Source: a virus
Direction: 5' to 3' (one strand)
Length of the DNA stretch: 64,000 bases
Virus record (IMG/VR): IMGVR_UViG_3300009503_000018
Span: 64,001 to 128,000 of that record
Made by a program: the position numbers and the translations under genes. Shown here piece by piece: positions 44,625 to 54,662 of the stretch; the stretch's first letter is position 1; each line of letters opens with the position of its first letter. The notes under the pieces were generated by a model. The model ran no database searches. It saw only the letters and a list, made by a program, of their open reading frames with translations, and had not been told where the DNA came from.

Positions 44625-46051
44625 GTCGACAAGTGAAGTGTAATATTGGTGTCACTAACGTGTGCAAATTCATTTTTCGCGATTACGATAATGTCTGAAC
44701 CTTGTTCCGTTGCCCGCGACAAACGATCGAAAGGAAGAATAACGAAATCCACGCCCGGAACACTGCGGATAACAAGATCGAGATCGGACGGAATAATATT
44801 TTCTCCAAGACCACGTGTATTAACAAATGACGTAATAGCTGATAGAATTTTATCCGAAATGGTATCAATTGAAGCGTCGGGCAATATTTTAATTGTAGCC
44901 TCAATAGAGATTTCAACTTGCGTTGCTCGACGGAACAACACATCGGCCAAGACCGTGTTCTCTAAAGTATCCATACTTGTTTGAAGATCAGAAATGACTT
45001 TATCCGCCACATATTCGATTGTAATTTGTTCTCCAATTGCCGGAAGGCCGGATGCCGAACGGTTCCATCGAATCAAATCTCTCGCTCTCGCCGATCCCCC
45101 TAAGACCGTGTCGGGAACGACGAAGAAATGCACATTTTCCGTGAGCGGACCAACCACGGTCCCAGTAATACTCGCTACGGGACCAGGAAAAATAATCGGT
45201 TCAACATCAAAAGAAATATCTAACCCATCGAATACTTCACTTTGTTGAATTACGGCAGGTTCTTCACCCAAAATATACACATCGACCGCGCCAGAGAGAT
45301 TTTCAGCCCTTTTCATCAGTGGATCGCCAGCCATCACTACAAGAGCATCGACCACCCGATCATCATTGAGCGCAAACCGTCGTACACCATTCGCTGTTCC
45401 ACGTTCTGTGCCCAATAAGGCGAGACGAATTCGCCTCGCATACTCCAAATTCGTTTCGGCATCTTTTCCCCCTACGGTAGCCGACTTATTAACAACTGAG
45501 GAAATACCCGGGATTTGGCGCTGTATTTGCGTAATCGTCCCTGCGGCCACACGACCGGCATCCCCAGGAGTAATCGCCCGAATTGGTGCTTCAATTTCAA
45601 ATACGCCGGCTGTCGGATTAAAAAAGGCATTCGCCGATGCGGCGAACAACGTCACTGTCCGTGTCGTAACAAATGTTTGCACAGACTTAATCCCAACAAC
45701 AGATGATGTAGAAACAGGAATTCCTTGAGGGATAACGATGTCCGATGTTGGTTGACTCGACGTGAAGAAGAATACCGAACCTGTCGCTCGCACGGGACCT
45801 TTCCGCTTAATCCCTAGTGATTCACCCAAAAGGTCTAATTCTTCAGTCGTCATAAGTTCAGCGTTTTTCAAAAACTGAATATCAAAAACACGCTGAATTT
45901 GAGTGTAAATATCCCGAGCCACAAGCGACACGGGATCAATAACGATATCTTTTACCGGACCAAACCCTGTTTCAATGGAGCGATCACGATTCTTAATCGC
46001 ATTCGCTAAATCCTGAATAAGGTCCGCTCTACTTTTAACCGTAATCGCCAT
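44621..46051 (-). CDS. Baseplate J-like protein
   Basis: GIKRKGPVRATGSVFF..GNVAAG-like GRVAAGTI..TVGGKDAETNLEYARRI..GLGENIIPSDL. Confidence 0.9.
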   Translation of the reverse strand: MAITVKSRADLIQDLANAIKNRDRSIETGFGPVKDIVIDPVSLVARDIYTQIQRVFDIQFLKNAELMTTEELDLLGESLGIKRKGPVRATGSVFFFTSSQPTSDIVIPQGIPVSTSSVVGIKSVQTFVTTRTVTLFAASANAFFNPTAGVFEIEAPIRAITPGDAGRVAAGTITQIQRQIPGISSVVNKSATVGGKDAETNLEYARRIRLALLGTERGTANGVRRFALNDDRVVDALVVMAGDPLMKRAENLSGAVDVYILGEEPAVIQQSEVFDGLDISFDVEPIIFPGPVASITGTVVGPLTENVHFFVVPDTVLGGSARARDLIRWNRSASGLPAIGEQITIEYVADKVISDLQTSMDTLENTVLADVLFRRATQVEISIEATIKILPDASIDTISDKILSAITSFVNTRGLGENIIPSDLDLVIRSVPGVDFVILPFDRLSRATEQGSDIIVIAKNEFAHVSDTNITLHLST

Positions 46052-46059
46052 GTTTACTC

Positions 46060-46824
46060 CTATACTAGGATCGTACCCGAATCGGACACTTTTTGTCCGC
46101 TGACCGTCTCGACCATGAAGAAATAGCGGAATGATGTCGGATCAAGCGGAACGACCGTCACCGTAATAATTCTTCGAATTTGTTCATCCGACGGTACCCG
46201 CTCGTCTTGTTGCAAGTTCATAAGCGTAGTCAGTGCATCAAAAATTGATGCTTGTATTTCGTTGGCTGCAAAATCAACAGGAAGACTTTGCCCTAAGATA
46301 CGATTCAACGCCGACCCAAATTTTGGGAGCGTGCGATCCCCAATAGGGGCATTTTGTGGCACATTCTCGACCAATATAGACTCACGAATATCTTGTTTTG
46401 TTTTGTCAATTCCGAACACAACATCATATTGACCTGGTGATGTCCGAACCAAATCTCCTATATCATTAATTGTCAATGTATAATTCCGAATCGAAGGACC
46501 AACAGTTGGGACCTCGTTTCTTGCTGTCAATTCTAACACGTCATAAAATTCAATGGCAATACTGGTGGTAAACGTCGTCGGAGGACTCAGATTTCGAGCA
46601 AAAAACTTTAGCGTGGTTGGTCCATTAATTGGTAATTGTGTAATTGGAGATCGACGGATTTTGGTGGAGGGATTTGTATCCGACGGGACTGATCCATCTG
46701 TCGTATACAAAATTTCGAAAGGTGGACCAACAACAGGGGAAACCCCATCATCAAATGCAGTAATATCAATCCGCAGAAATTCAATAAATTGGCCACCTCG
46801 TGGCGATGCTTTCACTTGCAACAT
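46060..46824 (-). CDS. gp25-like baseplate wedge protein with N-terminal chitobiase-C/FN3-associated domain
   Basis: ILYTTDGSVP..TTLKFFA; then DLV..GIDKTKQDI..PKFGSALNRILG..DEQI..V.V..F.VETVSG. Confidence 0.7.
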   Translation of the reverse strand: MLQVKASPRGGQFIEFLRIDITAFDDGVSPVVGPPFEILYTTDGSVPSDTNPSTKIRRSPITQLPINGPTTLKFFARNLSPPTTFTTSIAIEFYDVLELTARNEVPTVGPSIRNYTLTINDIGDLVRTSPGQYDVVFGIDKTKQDIRESILVENVPQNAPIGDRTLPKFGSALNRILGQSLPVDFAANEIQASIFDALTTLMNLQQDERVPSDEQIRRIITVTVVPLDPTSFRYFFMVETVSGQKVSDSGTILV

Positions 46825-46826
46825 AA

Positions 46827-47366
46827 TTATTTGATAAAATCCGTTGTCTTTTTTACGGCGTTTCCTATAAAATCACTTAACTTATTGGCAGCACCGGGCT
46901 GATTGGACTTTTCTAATATTGTTAATTGTATAATGGTACACAAATCGCTTAAAGCGGATATAGCATCTTCGGCTTCGTTCTTTGCTGTTTGAATTAAACC
47001 ATCTCGTGTCGAAATCTGTCTCGCTATATATGTAGCATCCGCAAGCGCAGTTGCCGTAATATTCCCAGCATCGACCGCCCCTTGAAAGACATCGGCGATA
47101 GGACCGCAGTTTGGGCTTAAAGACCGCGCAATACTCAATAGAGGACTTGACGCGATTTGATCATCTAAAAACGTACTTGCTGTTTTTACGATTTTTTCCA
47201 TATTTGATAATTGGGCATTTAAAGATCCGGTAACAGCCAAAGCTTTACTCAGCTCTTTATCCAATATATCTATTTTTGAATTTATAAAATCGCAAACCGC
47301 TGATAATTCAGCGACCGCGAATTTTCCCAAAACTTCAAATAAACACTGGTCGAATTTAAATGCCAT
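46827..47366 (-). CDS. Hypothetical helical baseplate-region protein
   Basis: Start trimmed to MAFKFD. Confidence 0.55.
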   Translation of the reverse strand: MAFKFDQCLFEVLGKFAVAELSAVCDFINSKIDILDKELSKALAVTGSLNAQLSNMEKIVKTASTFLDDQIASSPLLSIARSLSPNCGPIADVFQGAVDAGNITATALADATYIARQISTRDGLIQTAKNEAEDAISALSDLCTIIQLTILEKSNQPGAANKLSDFIGNAVKKTTDFIK

Positions 47367-47368
47367 AA

Positions 47369-47662
47369 TTATGGACCTAAAATTACTGTTTGAGCGTTCC
47401 CAGATCCCGGAGAAATGACATCCCCACAACTTGCCGGGTCCACATTCACACGAACCGCCTTTTTCCCTTCAACAATAATTGTTTGATTAGGATTCGCTTG
47501 TGCTGTCGGCGCAACATGTGGTCCGGTGTTTGGAGGATGAGACGGAAGAGGATCACCATCCAAGATCCAAGCCTGCCCGTATGATTTTGTTTTTACAGCA
47601 GACGCACTTGAAATCGGAACTCCTACAATTGTATCCCCGTTAACTGCCACTGGCGCTCCCAT
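47369..47662 (-). CDS. PAAR-type spike tip protein
   Basis: PVAVNGD..GDPLPSH..PH..IIVEGKKAVRVNVDPASCG. Confidence 0.85.
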   Translation of the reverse strand: MGAPVAVNGDTIVGVPISSASAVKTKSYGQAWILDGDPLPSHPPNTGPHVAPTAQANPNQTIIVEGKKAVRVNVDPASCGDVISPGSGNAQTVILGP

Positions 47663-47670
47663 ATATCCTC

Positions 47671-49212
47671 CTAATTAATCAGAACCTGTGTTCCCACTAT
47701 TGTTACAACTCCTCCACCCGTTATTGTTACTGCTCCCCCACCCGATATTGTCACATTCCCGCTGGCCGAAACAGAGATCGTCGTCGCATTCTCTGATAAT
47801 GATGTCGCTGCTTGAATCGTAATTGTTCCGTCCGATTGCTGCGTAATACTCACGCCGGCGCGATCTCGAATCATGGTTTCTGCCGTTCGAGTAATGTTCA
47901 ATCCATTATCTTTCACGTCCGTCCCAGCAATGCGCCGAATTTTTCCTCCCGCGACGTGTTTAATATCTTTTTTTGCGGTCTGCGTAATATTGTCAGCTAC
48001 CATTGATACGCCTTTTCCGAGTACTTGAATTGCTTTCTTTGCGTATATCGTCCATCCACCCCCATTCGCATTGAGGCGACCACCATCTTCACTCTCCGAA
48101 GATATCGTTACACCCCCCTCCTCATCAATATCATGAGCATAGACTTGTTTCCCATCTTTATTAATAAGTAGCCGATGCCGTAAGGATTTGCCGACTGGAC
48201 CAATCCCGCTTAATTTTCCTCCATCTCCCCCAATAGGCCCAATACCAGTTATTATGCCCGCTAAATCGCTTGCTGTAGATATAATATCGTCTAAACTGCC
48301 ACCAATTCCATTAATTACCGTGTTAATAGCCGTCGAAATTGCATCAATCTGGTTATTTACAAAACTAACAACTTGATCGGCGATTTGTCCTAGGCTTTGT
48401 ACAAACTGATCTTTGAGAGCACCAATATCACCTTTAAAAAAACTTGTCGCCACATCGCCGACGTTTGGAAGTTGAAGTTGCGTCGTCGTTCCATTTCCAC
48501 TAGTCCCGCTCAGCTCAACTACGCCGTTCGTATTCACAACTTCTCCGAGCGACTCTTGCACAAGCAAGTTTCCCTGCTCGTCAAATAACCGTACATCAAA
48601 TTCCCGTATTGGCGTAGGACCATTGTTTGGTTGTCCAGAACCTGCGGTCGGAAGTTCGCGTGCTGAGACCCCAGGAAACAGCCGGTACGCATGTCCAAAC
48701 CGTAACCAACTTTGACCATCAGTGACTTTAAACGCAGTTTGACTATGTTCAATTAAGCTTTCTATTCCAAAGATATGAATACGACCAGACAGACCCATTA
48801 ACAGGACATCGCCCATATTGTTAAATCGGAGATATCCCCCTCCGGAAGAACGAATGTCTATCTCCCCGGGTCGCAACGCTTGTCCCATTTCCGGACCTTC
48901 CCCACCAGCCCGATTCTTTTCGTTTTTTTCAAAACCTTCGGTTCTAGCGGAATATGCCCACGGATGCCAACCTAAAATGGCCGCAGAATCATCAGGACGA
49001 ATTCCGACTAAAACCACATCATTAACTTGGGGGATAAAACGAATCCACGCATCGCGGCTCATTGCGACAACCGGCATCGGAACACCGTCACGAAATCCAA
49101 AGTGATCGCAAAACTGAATAGACACCTTACCCGCTTTTTCATCCACAGCGGTAATTAAGGCAAACATTATTCGGTCGTAATTTCCTTTGGCCAAATACGG
49201 ATCTGAAATCAT
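47671..49212 (-). CDS. Baseplate central spike (gp5/VgrG-like)
   Basis: N-terminal OB-like ITAVDEKAGKV..PQVNDVVLVG; C-terminal beta-helix repeats; directly upstream of PAAR. Confidence 0.75.
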   Translation of the reverse strand: MISDPYLAKGNYDRIMFALITAVDEKAGKVSIQFCDHFGFRDGVPMPVVAMSRDAWIRFIPQVNDVVLVGIRPDDSAAILGWHPWAYSARTEGFEKNEKNRAGGEGPEMGQALRPGEIDIRSSGGGYLRFNNMGDVLLMGLSGRIHIFGIESLIEHSQTAFKVTDGQSWLRFGHAYRLFPGVSARELPTAGSGQPNNGPTPIREFDVRLFDEQGNLLVQESLGEVVNTNGVVELSGTSGNGTTTQLQLPNVGDVATSFFKGDIGALKDQFVQSLGQIADQVVSFVNNQIDAISTAINTVINGIGGSLDDIISTASDLAGIITGIGPIGGDGGKLSGIGPVGKSLRHRLLINKDGKQVYAHDIDEEGGVTISSESEDGGRLNANGGGWTIYAKKAIQVLGKGVSMVADNITQTAKKDIKHVAGGKIRRIAGTDVKDNGLNITRTAETMIRDRAGVSITQQSDGTITIQAATSLSENATTISVSASGNVTISGGGAVTITGGGVVTIVGTQVLIN

Positions 49213-51434
49213 TATGCTTTCATCCTCGATATAATTTGGTTCAATTGTTCAACCAGTTTTTGTCGCTCTGTTTCATTCAATGTAAGCGGTTGTCCTAATT
49301 GATCAGCAATCTTTTCTAGTTGCTGTTTATCGGTCGTCGATAGAACTTCTTTTCCTGTTGCTGCTTCTTCGCGTAATATTTCTGACAATAAATCACGAGC
49401 CATATTACTCGAAGGATCTCGGACGCTGTTCTCCGCCGGGCCGCCCAAAGAATGAATTACTGGACGCGCACCGAATTGGGAGTCCCCAGACGTGTTTGTA
49501 TTTCGTACCCAGGACCATCCAAAATCGCCGGAAATTTTCGTCCATGTCGCATTTTTGACATCAAAATGCCGAATATAGCGTAATTCATATACTGTTTGGG
49601 CAAGAGCCCCCCACACAATTTGGTGATGGATCGCAACACAATACCCAATAATATTTCGATATTTAAAGAAATACGGTCGTCCAATCGGCGCTCTAAAATT
49701 TGGTAGAGTCTCAAGACCCTCAAGGCGAAAAGCATCGGAATTCGAGAGTTCCTGAGCCATAGCAGCCAATGCTTTTAACGACGAATTTAAATAATCTCGT
49801 GAATATTTAAATGGACGCCTTTCGATTTTTTGACGTACACCGAATCGTGCTGCTAATTCGGGATTAAATTCTACACCAATAGCTACGGGCGGAAGACCCT
49901 CGGGGTTGATATCGGCAATTGGCGACCCTTCAATAATCGTCAACGTAGTAATATTCCGATCATCCTCCGTCATAGAAAACTTCGAAAACTCATTCTGGAT
50001 CTGGAGAATGTTTCTCCACGGTTTTGCGTGTAATTGAGGAATCATGTCATATTGAGGAAATTCAAGGACAATATCGCCCTTCGGCGTCGCGTACCACACA
50101 CTATCTTGTTTTGTTACGAACTCGTTAATTACGTCTAGACGCGAGCGAAAATCGGAATAGTACGTAATTTGCATAGCCCAGTCATATGGCCACCGGAAAC
50201 TCGCGCTGGGATCCGTTGACTCACTCGTGAATGCGGTTTTCGCCGGGAGAATAACCCAAAACGTATTAGGCTCTGGTGCGATACTGGGCTCTGCACCTAG
50301 AGACCAATCCGCACCATATCTATCTACTTGCTCTTCTGTAAGAATCGGATATATTCTATCCAGGGCCTCGCTGACTTTTCGTTCGATCGCTCCCCCACCA
50401 GCCGATCCGTCGATAATCACGAGTTCTTTATTGTTTGGATTAAATCCAAGCAATCCTGTGACTAATTGCATGCCGGGTTCAGTCTGGTTATTCAAGAAAT
50501 TTGATGGCCGATGACCGGTGTCGCCAAAGAGCAAAAAGTCCATAATACCTTGCGGACCAGAACCGTCTGGATTCGTATTGACTAACCGCATTCCAGCCTG
50601 AATCGCCGCGTTGCCGGTCGCAAGGGTTGCATCACCCGAAATTCGCTTGAAGAATGCGGCAGCGTCTTGCCCAACGAACAACTCATTCGTCACGTTAATG
50701 TTAAAAACGTTCGGACTTGTCGTTGTCCGCATATACCGCAACAAACGACGAATATCTTCACAGAATAAATGTAATTTGGATTGATTCGTCTCTGAATCAA
50801 AATCTTCAGTAACAGCCGAAACATATCCCGTAAAGGCAAAGTACCACTCCTCTTGGCTTCCCGCCGTTTGCGATTTATTCGCAATACTCCACGGATTTTT
50901 AAAGAACACACGAACAGGATCGCCCATCTGGATCATCGGCGACCCCGGCAGAAACGGGAAATTTCGATCATTTTTGAAACGATTCAACACGGCTTGACCA
51001 GCTTGACCTAATGATTGATTCTTACCAAGAGAAGCTCGGAAATTTGCGATCTTTTTTTTCGCGAATTTTACGGGAGTAATTTTTCGGCGAGTTTGGGTGC
51101 TCGTCCCTATGGCGCCTTTCTTAAATAACGGTCCATCATTGTCTCCTAATGACAATTCATCGGGAATAAAATCATACCGCATTAAGCTTAATGCGGTAGG
51201 CACAATCCATTTCAAATTATCATTCACAATATGAATTTCCGCTGTCCCAACATTATCATTCATTTGCTGACTGACTTGGACCGCATACACATCATCAGTA
51301 ATTTCGATGCCCCAGATAAATACACGATAGTCGGGTGCGCCAATAAAAACCTGACTCTCTTTTTGTGGCGTATCAACTGAATACGATACGCGATCAGTCA
51401 GGCTATCTCCGATGGTCCCTGTCTTATCTGCCAT
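49212..51434 (-). CDS. Baseplate hub protein (gp27-like)
   Basis: QMGDPVRVF..FTGYVSAV..CEDI..WYATPKGDIVLEFP..ARFGVR..RAPIGRPY. Confidence 0.7.
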   Translation of the reverse strand: MADKTGTIGDSLTDRVSYSVDTPQKESQVFIGAPDYRVFIWGIEITDDVYAVQVSQQMNDNVGTAEIHIVNDNLKWIVPTALSLMRYDFIPDELSLGDNDGPLFKKGAIGTSTQTRRKITPVKFAKKKIANFRASLGKNQSLGQAGQAVLNRFKNDRNFPFLPGSPMIQMGDPVRVFFKNPWSIANKSQTAGSQEEWYFAFTGYVSAVTEDFDSETNQSKLHLFCEDIRRLLRYMRTTTSPNVFNINVTNELFVGQDAAAFFKRISGDATLATGNAAIQAGMRLVNTNPDGSGPQGIMDFLLFGDTGHRPSNFLNNQTEPGMQLVTGLLGFNPNNKELVIIDGSAGGGAIERKVSEALDRIYPILTEEQVDRYGADWSLGAEPSIAPEPNTFWVILPAKTAFTSESTDPSASFRWPYDWAMQITYYSDFRSRLDVINEFVTKQDSVWYATPKGDIVLEFPQYDMIPQLHAKPWRNILQIQNEFSKFSMTEDDRNITTLTIIEGSPIADINPEGLPPVAIGVEFNPELAARFGVRQKIERRPFKYSRDYLNSSLKALAAMAQELSNSDAFRLEGLETLPNFRAPIGRPYFFKYRNIIGYCVAIHHQIVWGALAQTVYELRYIRHFDVKNATWTKISGDFGWSWVRNTNTSGDSQFGARPVIHSLGGPAENSVRDPSSNMARDLLSEILREEAATGKEVLSTTDKQQLEKIADQLGQPLTLNETERQKLVEQLNQIISRMKA

Positions 51435-52147
51435 TAGCTAGCATTTGTCACGATTTGTTCGGCTTGAGCAAATAGTGTTTCTAGATCCGGAATAGTGTTA
51501 TGAACAATAAGACCCAAACTCCATTCAACGAGGAACGGGTTTCTTGCCGAATGACGCCACTCAATCGGAGCCGTGAAATGCCCCACGAATGTAACAGGAG
51601 TGGGCAATGCTGGTGTTTGTAATCGAATATAATGATTGTTAATCCCGTTCTCAGTGACAAACGGCTCTCGGGTGATCCGCCACAACCGTAGCCAGTCCCG
51701 TTGCTTCGGCGTAATCGGGTTTTGTCCGGCGGCAGTAGTTGTGTTAGCAGTCGGAATAAACAACGATTCAATATTTGCAACTTCCGTACTCAGTACTTCG
51801 CGAACAGTGCGTGGCGTCTGGCGTTCGAACGCCAATGACCGCGTAATTCCCCGCATACGAATTTCGAGCAGGTCGAGATGATTGGACGAACGATCTTTCC
51901 GCCAAAAGAAAAACGCGCGACCATCTTTAATAATCTGTTCGGAAATGCGGGATCGCTGAACAAATTCGATGTCTTGAGGAGCGACTTTCAGACGTATTCC
52001 AACTACTTTCGGATCGACAGATTCAGTATTAACTCCACCAATCGTTCGTAACGCCTCATCTGTAAAAATCTCTACACCTTGACCTTTATCTTTTGGAATA
52101 TTATTGAATAATGCATCAGCAAGCGCCGGAATTGGAAATGTCGGCAT
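51434..52147 (-). CDS. Putative tail tube initiator/baseplate protein
   Basis: Lies between tape measure and hub; LKVAPQDIEF pattern resembling tube-like folds. Confidence 0.45.
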   Translation of the reverse strand: MPTFPIPALADALFNNIPKDKGQGVEIFTDEALRTIGGVNTESVDPKVVGIRLKVAPQDIEFVQRSRISEQIIKDGRAFFFWRKDRSSNHLDLLEIRMRGITRSLAFERQTPRTVREVLSTEVANIESLFIPTANTTTAAGQNPITPKQRDWLRLWRITREPFVTENGINNHYIRLQTPALPTPVTFVGHFTAPIEWRHSARNPFLVEWSLGLIVHNTIPDLETLFAQAEQIVTNAS

Positions 52148-52168
52148 AATCCCCCTCCATCGAATAAA

Positions 52169-52630
52169 CTACGCAGCGCGTGTCCATCCGCACATAGTAC
52201 ACATAAATCCACCGTTCACACGGTTCTTTTCGTCCAAATTACGACACCGTGGACATTCAAGGTCCATTGTGCCTGTTCCTTGTGCAAGATGCTTGTTAAG
52301 CGGAAGTCGATAACGACGCCATCCAATAATAGACAAAACCCCAAACACAACCAATTGGACTGTATGATTTGCCACAATAAACCATACCAATCGCGGTGCT
52401 ACTTCAGGATTATCAAGTAGAAAGTCCAAGAGAAAAAAGCCGGTTCCAACCACAAACGTGAACAGACCCATGCTTACAACAATCACCACCAACGTCCCAA
52501 GAAACTTTCCGACACGCACCACGTCCGCGCGCAATTGGGTTATCTCCCCCCGAGCGACCTTCTCGTTTAGGCTAAGATCTGCATAAGCTATGCCGGAAGT
52601 CCGCAAAGAGTTCTCAATGCTGTTCATCAA
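52169..52630 (-). CDS. Two-TM membrane protein with C-terminal zinc ribbon
   Basis: Hydrophobic segments FLGTLVVIVVSMGLFTFVVGTGFFLL and LVWFIV..LVVFGVLSIIGW; CPRC..CTMC. Confidence 0.65.
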   Translation of the reverse strand: MMNSIENSLRTSGIAYADLSLNEKVARGEITQLRADVVRVGKFLGTLVVIVVSMGLFTFVVGTGFFLLDFLLDNPEVAPRLVWFIVANHTVQLVVFGVLSIIGWRRYRLPLNKHLAQGTGTMDLECPRCRNLDEKNRVNGGFMCTMCGWTRAA

Positions 52631-52688
52631 AGACCCCTTTCATCTTTTTTATACAAAATAAATAGCACAATCGCGCTGTTTTGTCAAA

Positions 52689-54662
52689 TTACTCTGTCGG
52701 TTCAACACCATAAATACCACTCCTCGCCACGTCCATTTTCTTCAATGTCCCCGTACTAAAAACGTGGTTTGTTGTTTGAACACTCGCGGCAGGGCGATAA
52801 GGGCGAGCCCCCGGTTCTACCCCGACTGTCTGGTTAATGTTTGCAGCCATTGTAGAAACGGCGTTTGGTAATTCGTTCGCAACACGGGCTGCCCCAAAAA
52901 CCGGAGTAGAAAAGAGTCCCGCAGCCATTGTCCCCGCCGAGACGAGATCACCAGGTCCTGGCGGCGTTGGTCCGGGCAAGCCCTTGAGCGCCGAGAAAAC
53001 ACTCATGGTTGTACGTCCCCAATTCTGCCAATACCCATGCGCCCACAACCGTACATCCATCAAAGTGTTTGCGATTCTGTCCATAGTAGATAGCATAGCA
53101 CGACCTTGCTTGTCCGCCGCTTCCAACATATCTTTTTGTAGCCCAGCCTCTTCTAACCGCTTTTTAACGTGAGGATCTCTTTGAGCTTCGCGCATATAAT
53201 CTTTCAAAATTCTTGTCATCGCGCCCGGGTCCGTTGGGCTGACCCCACGAAGTTTAGCACGCTCGGTCAATTCGTGCATTAAACGTTCGATCGCGGCTGC
53301 CTGCGTAGGGAGAATCCCCATTGTTTTTTCCACCGCAGCAAAAGCTGCTATTTGTTGTTCGGGTCCATAACTTTCAAAAAATTGATGAAGACCCATGAAT
53401 TTTGTCAGCGCCATTCGCGCGGCAAAGCCACGACGACCTCGTGTCAAAGCCTGTTGCTCTTGCAGCATCAGCAATCGAGGATCTTTGAACTGCGGCAACG
53501 CTCGTTCTTGCAATTGCTTTAGGAGGTTACGCCCGGCGGCTGTTTGTGACAACAGCAAACGTTCGATTTGACTCCGCCGGAAAACTTCGGCCGTTCCCAT
53601 ACGTGTTACATCTGGAAGAACGCCTTGAAATATACCCGCGCCAATAGGTCCCATTTGTCCCGGGCGGAACATGGGCCCGCCCGGACCTGTGGCCATCGTT
53701 TTTACTAATGCTTCAGCAATAGTATTCATATCACGTAGCGACGCACCACTATTTTTTCCTCCCGCAGTAATTTGTCCTAACACATCAATCAATGTTTGAC
53801 CGGCAGACAGCGTCCTCGCAATACTCGAATTCGTCTGCCAACTCACCGCCAAGAATTCGAGTTGAGCCGACCGCATATCCAAAACCATTCGGCGTGCGTT
53901 TTTAAGGCTTTCACCGTAATGCGTGACCGTCTCTATTTGCAAAGCCGCGACGGTTTGCGGCTTTAAATTCATGATCCGCTCTGTCGCTAATGCAAATTGC
54001 ACTTCACGTTCACTTCCCTCAGCAAAACCAACACCGACTTTAGACAATTGATCAAGTAGCGCGGCAACTTGTTCCTGTGTGGCACCTGTCGATCGTGAAA
54101 TATCGCGCACGGCGAGCATATATCGAGCACCAATATCATCAAAATCGACATCCAAGCGGTGTCCGGCAGTCACAATCGGTGCAACCCGGGCACCAATCAT
54201 GCGGAACCCTTCGTACTGGAACATCAGTTCCTTCATGACGAGGCCGCCGATCATGCCGGCAATAGGTGCCCAAACGCCGCCGACCCCAAGCAACCGCATC
54301 AAACCTCTGCCCGCGAAAGACCCCAAGTCTTCGCCGACTTTCCCAAGACCAGGAGAGATTTGTCCAAGCGTCGTCGGAATTCCACGTTGGAACGATTGCT
54401 GAACAGTTTTTGCCAGACTCTGTGCGAATTCTAAAGATTTACCCCGAGACGTTTCGAAAAACTGAGTCATCATGCGTTCCATCTTGGAACTCATCTTGGA
54501 CAAATGTTTCTCAAATTCGTCGGCCGCTTTCCGCGTCCCTTCGATCATCGCACGGGTGTTTTCTTCGACTTGGCGTCGGCTTTCTTCAAACATTCGCTCG
54601 ATGTCTTGTGGTGACGACTCTGGAGTTAGCGGTCGTCCATATGGGTCATATAGTACCGGCAT
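52689..54662 (-). CDS. Tape-measure-like protein 2
   Basis: Helical, A/G/Q-rich; homologous to 54663-56945. Confidence 0.65.
   Translation of the reverse strand: MPVLYDPYGRPLTPESSPQDIERMFEESRRQVEENTRAMIEGTRKAADEFEKHLSKMSSKMERMMTQFFETSRGKSLEFAQSLAKTVQQSFQRGIPTTLGQISPGLGKVGEDLGSFAGRGLMRLLGVGGVWAPIAGMIGGLVMKELMFQYEGFRMIGARVAPIVTAGHRLDVDFDDIGARYMLAVRDISRSTGATQEQVAALLDQLSKVGVGFAEGSEREVQFALATERIMNLKPQTVAALQIETVTHYGESLKNARRMVLDMRSAQLEFLAVSWQTNSSIARTLSAGQTLIDVLGQITAGGKNSGASLRDMNTIAEALVKTMATGPGGPMFRPGQMGPIGAGIFQGVLPDVTRMGTAEVFRRSQIERLLLSQTAAGRNLLKQLQERALPQFKDPRLLMLQEQQALTRGRRGFAARMALTKFMGLHQFFESYGPEQQIAAFAAVEKTMGILPTQAAAIERLMHELTERAKLRGVSPTDPGAMTRILKDYMREAQRDPHVKKRLEEAGLQKDMLEAADKQGRAMLSTMDRIANTLMDVRLWAHGYWQNWGRTTMSVFSALKGLPGPTPPGPGDLVSAGTMAAGLFSTPVFGAARVANELPNAVSTMAANINQTVGVEPGARPYRPAASVQTTNHVFSTGTLKKMDVARSGIYGVEPTE

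Noticed and set aside
52659-52687. Sigma70 promoter for the membrane protein gene
   Set aside because: TTGACA is present, but there is no convincing -10 box at 16-18 nt spacing.
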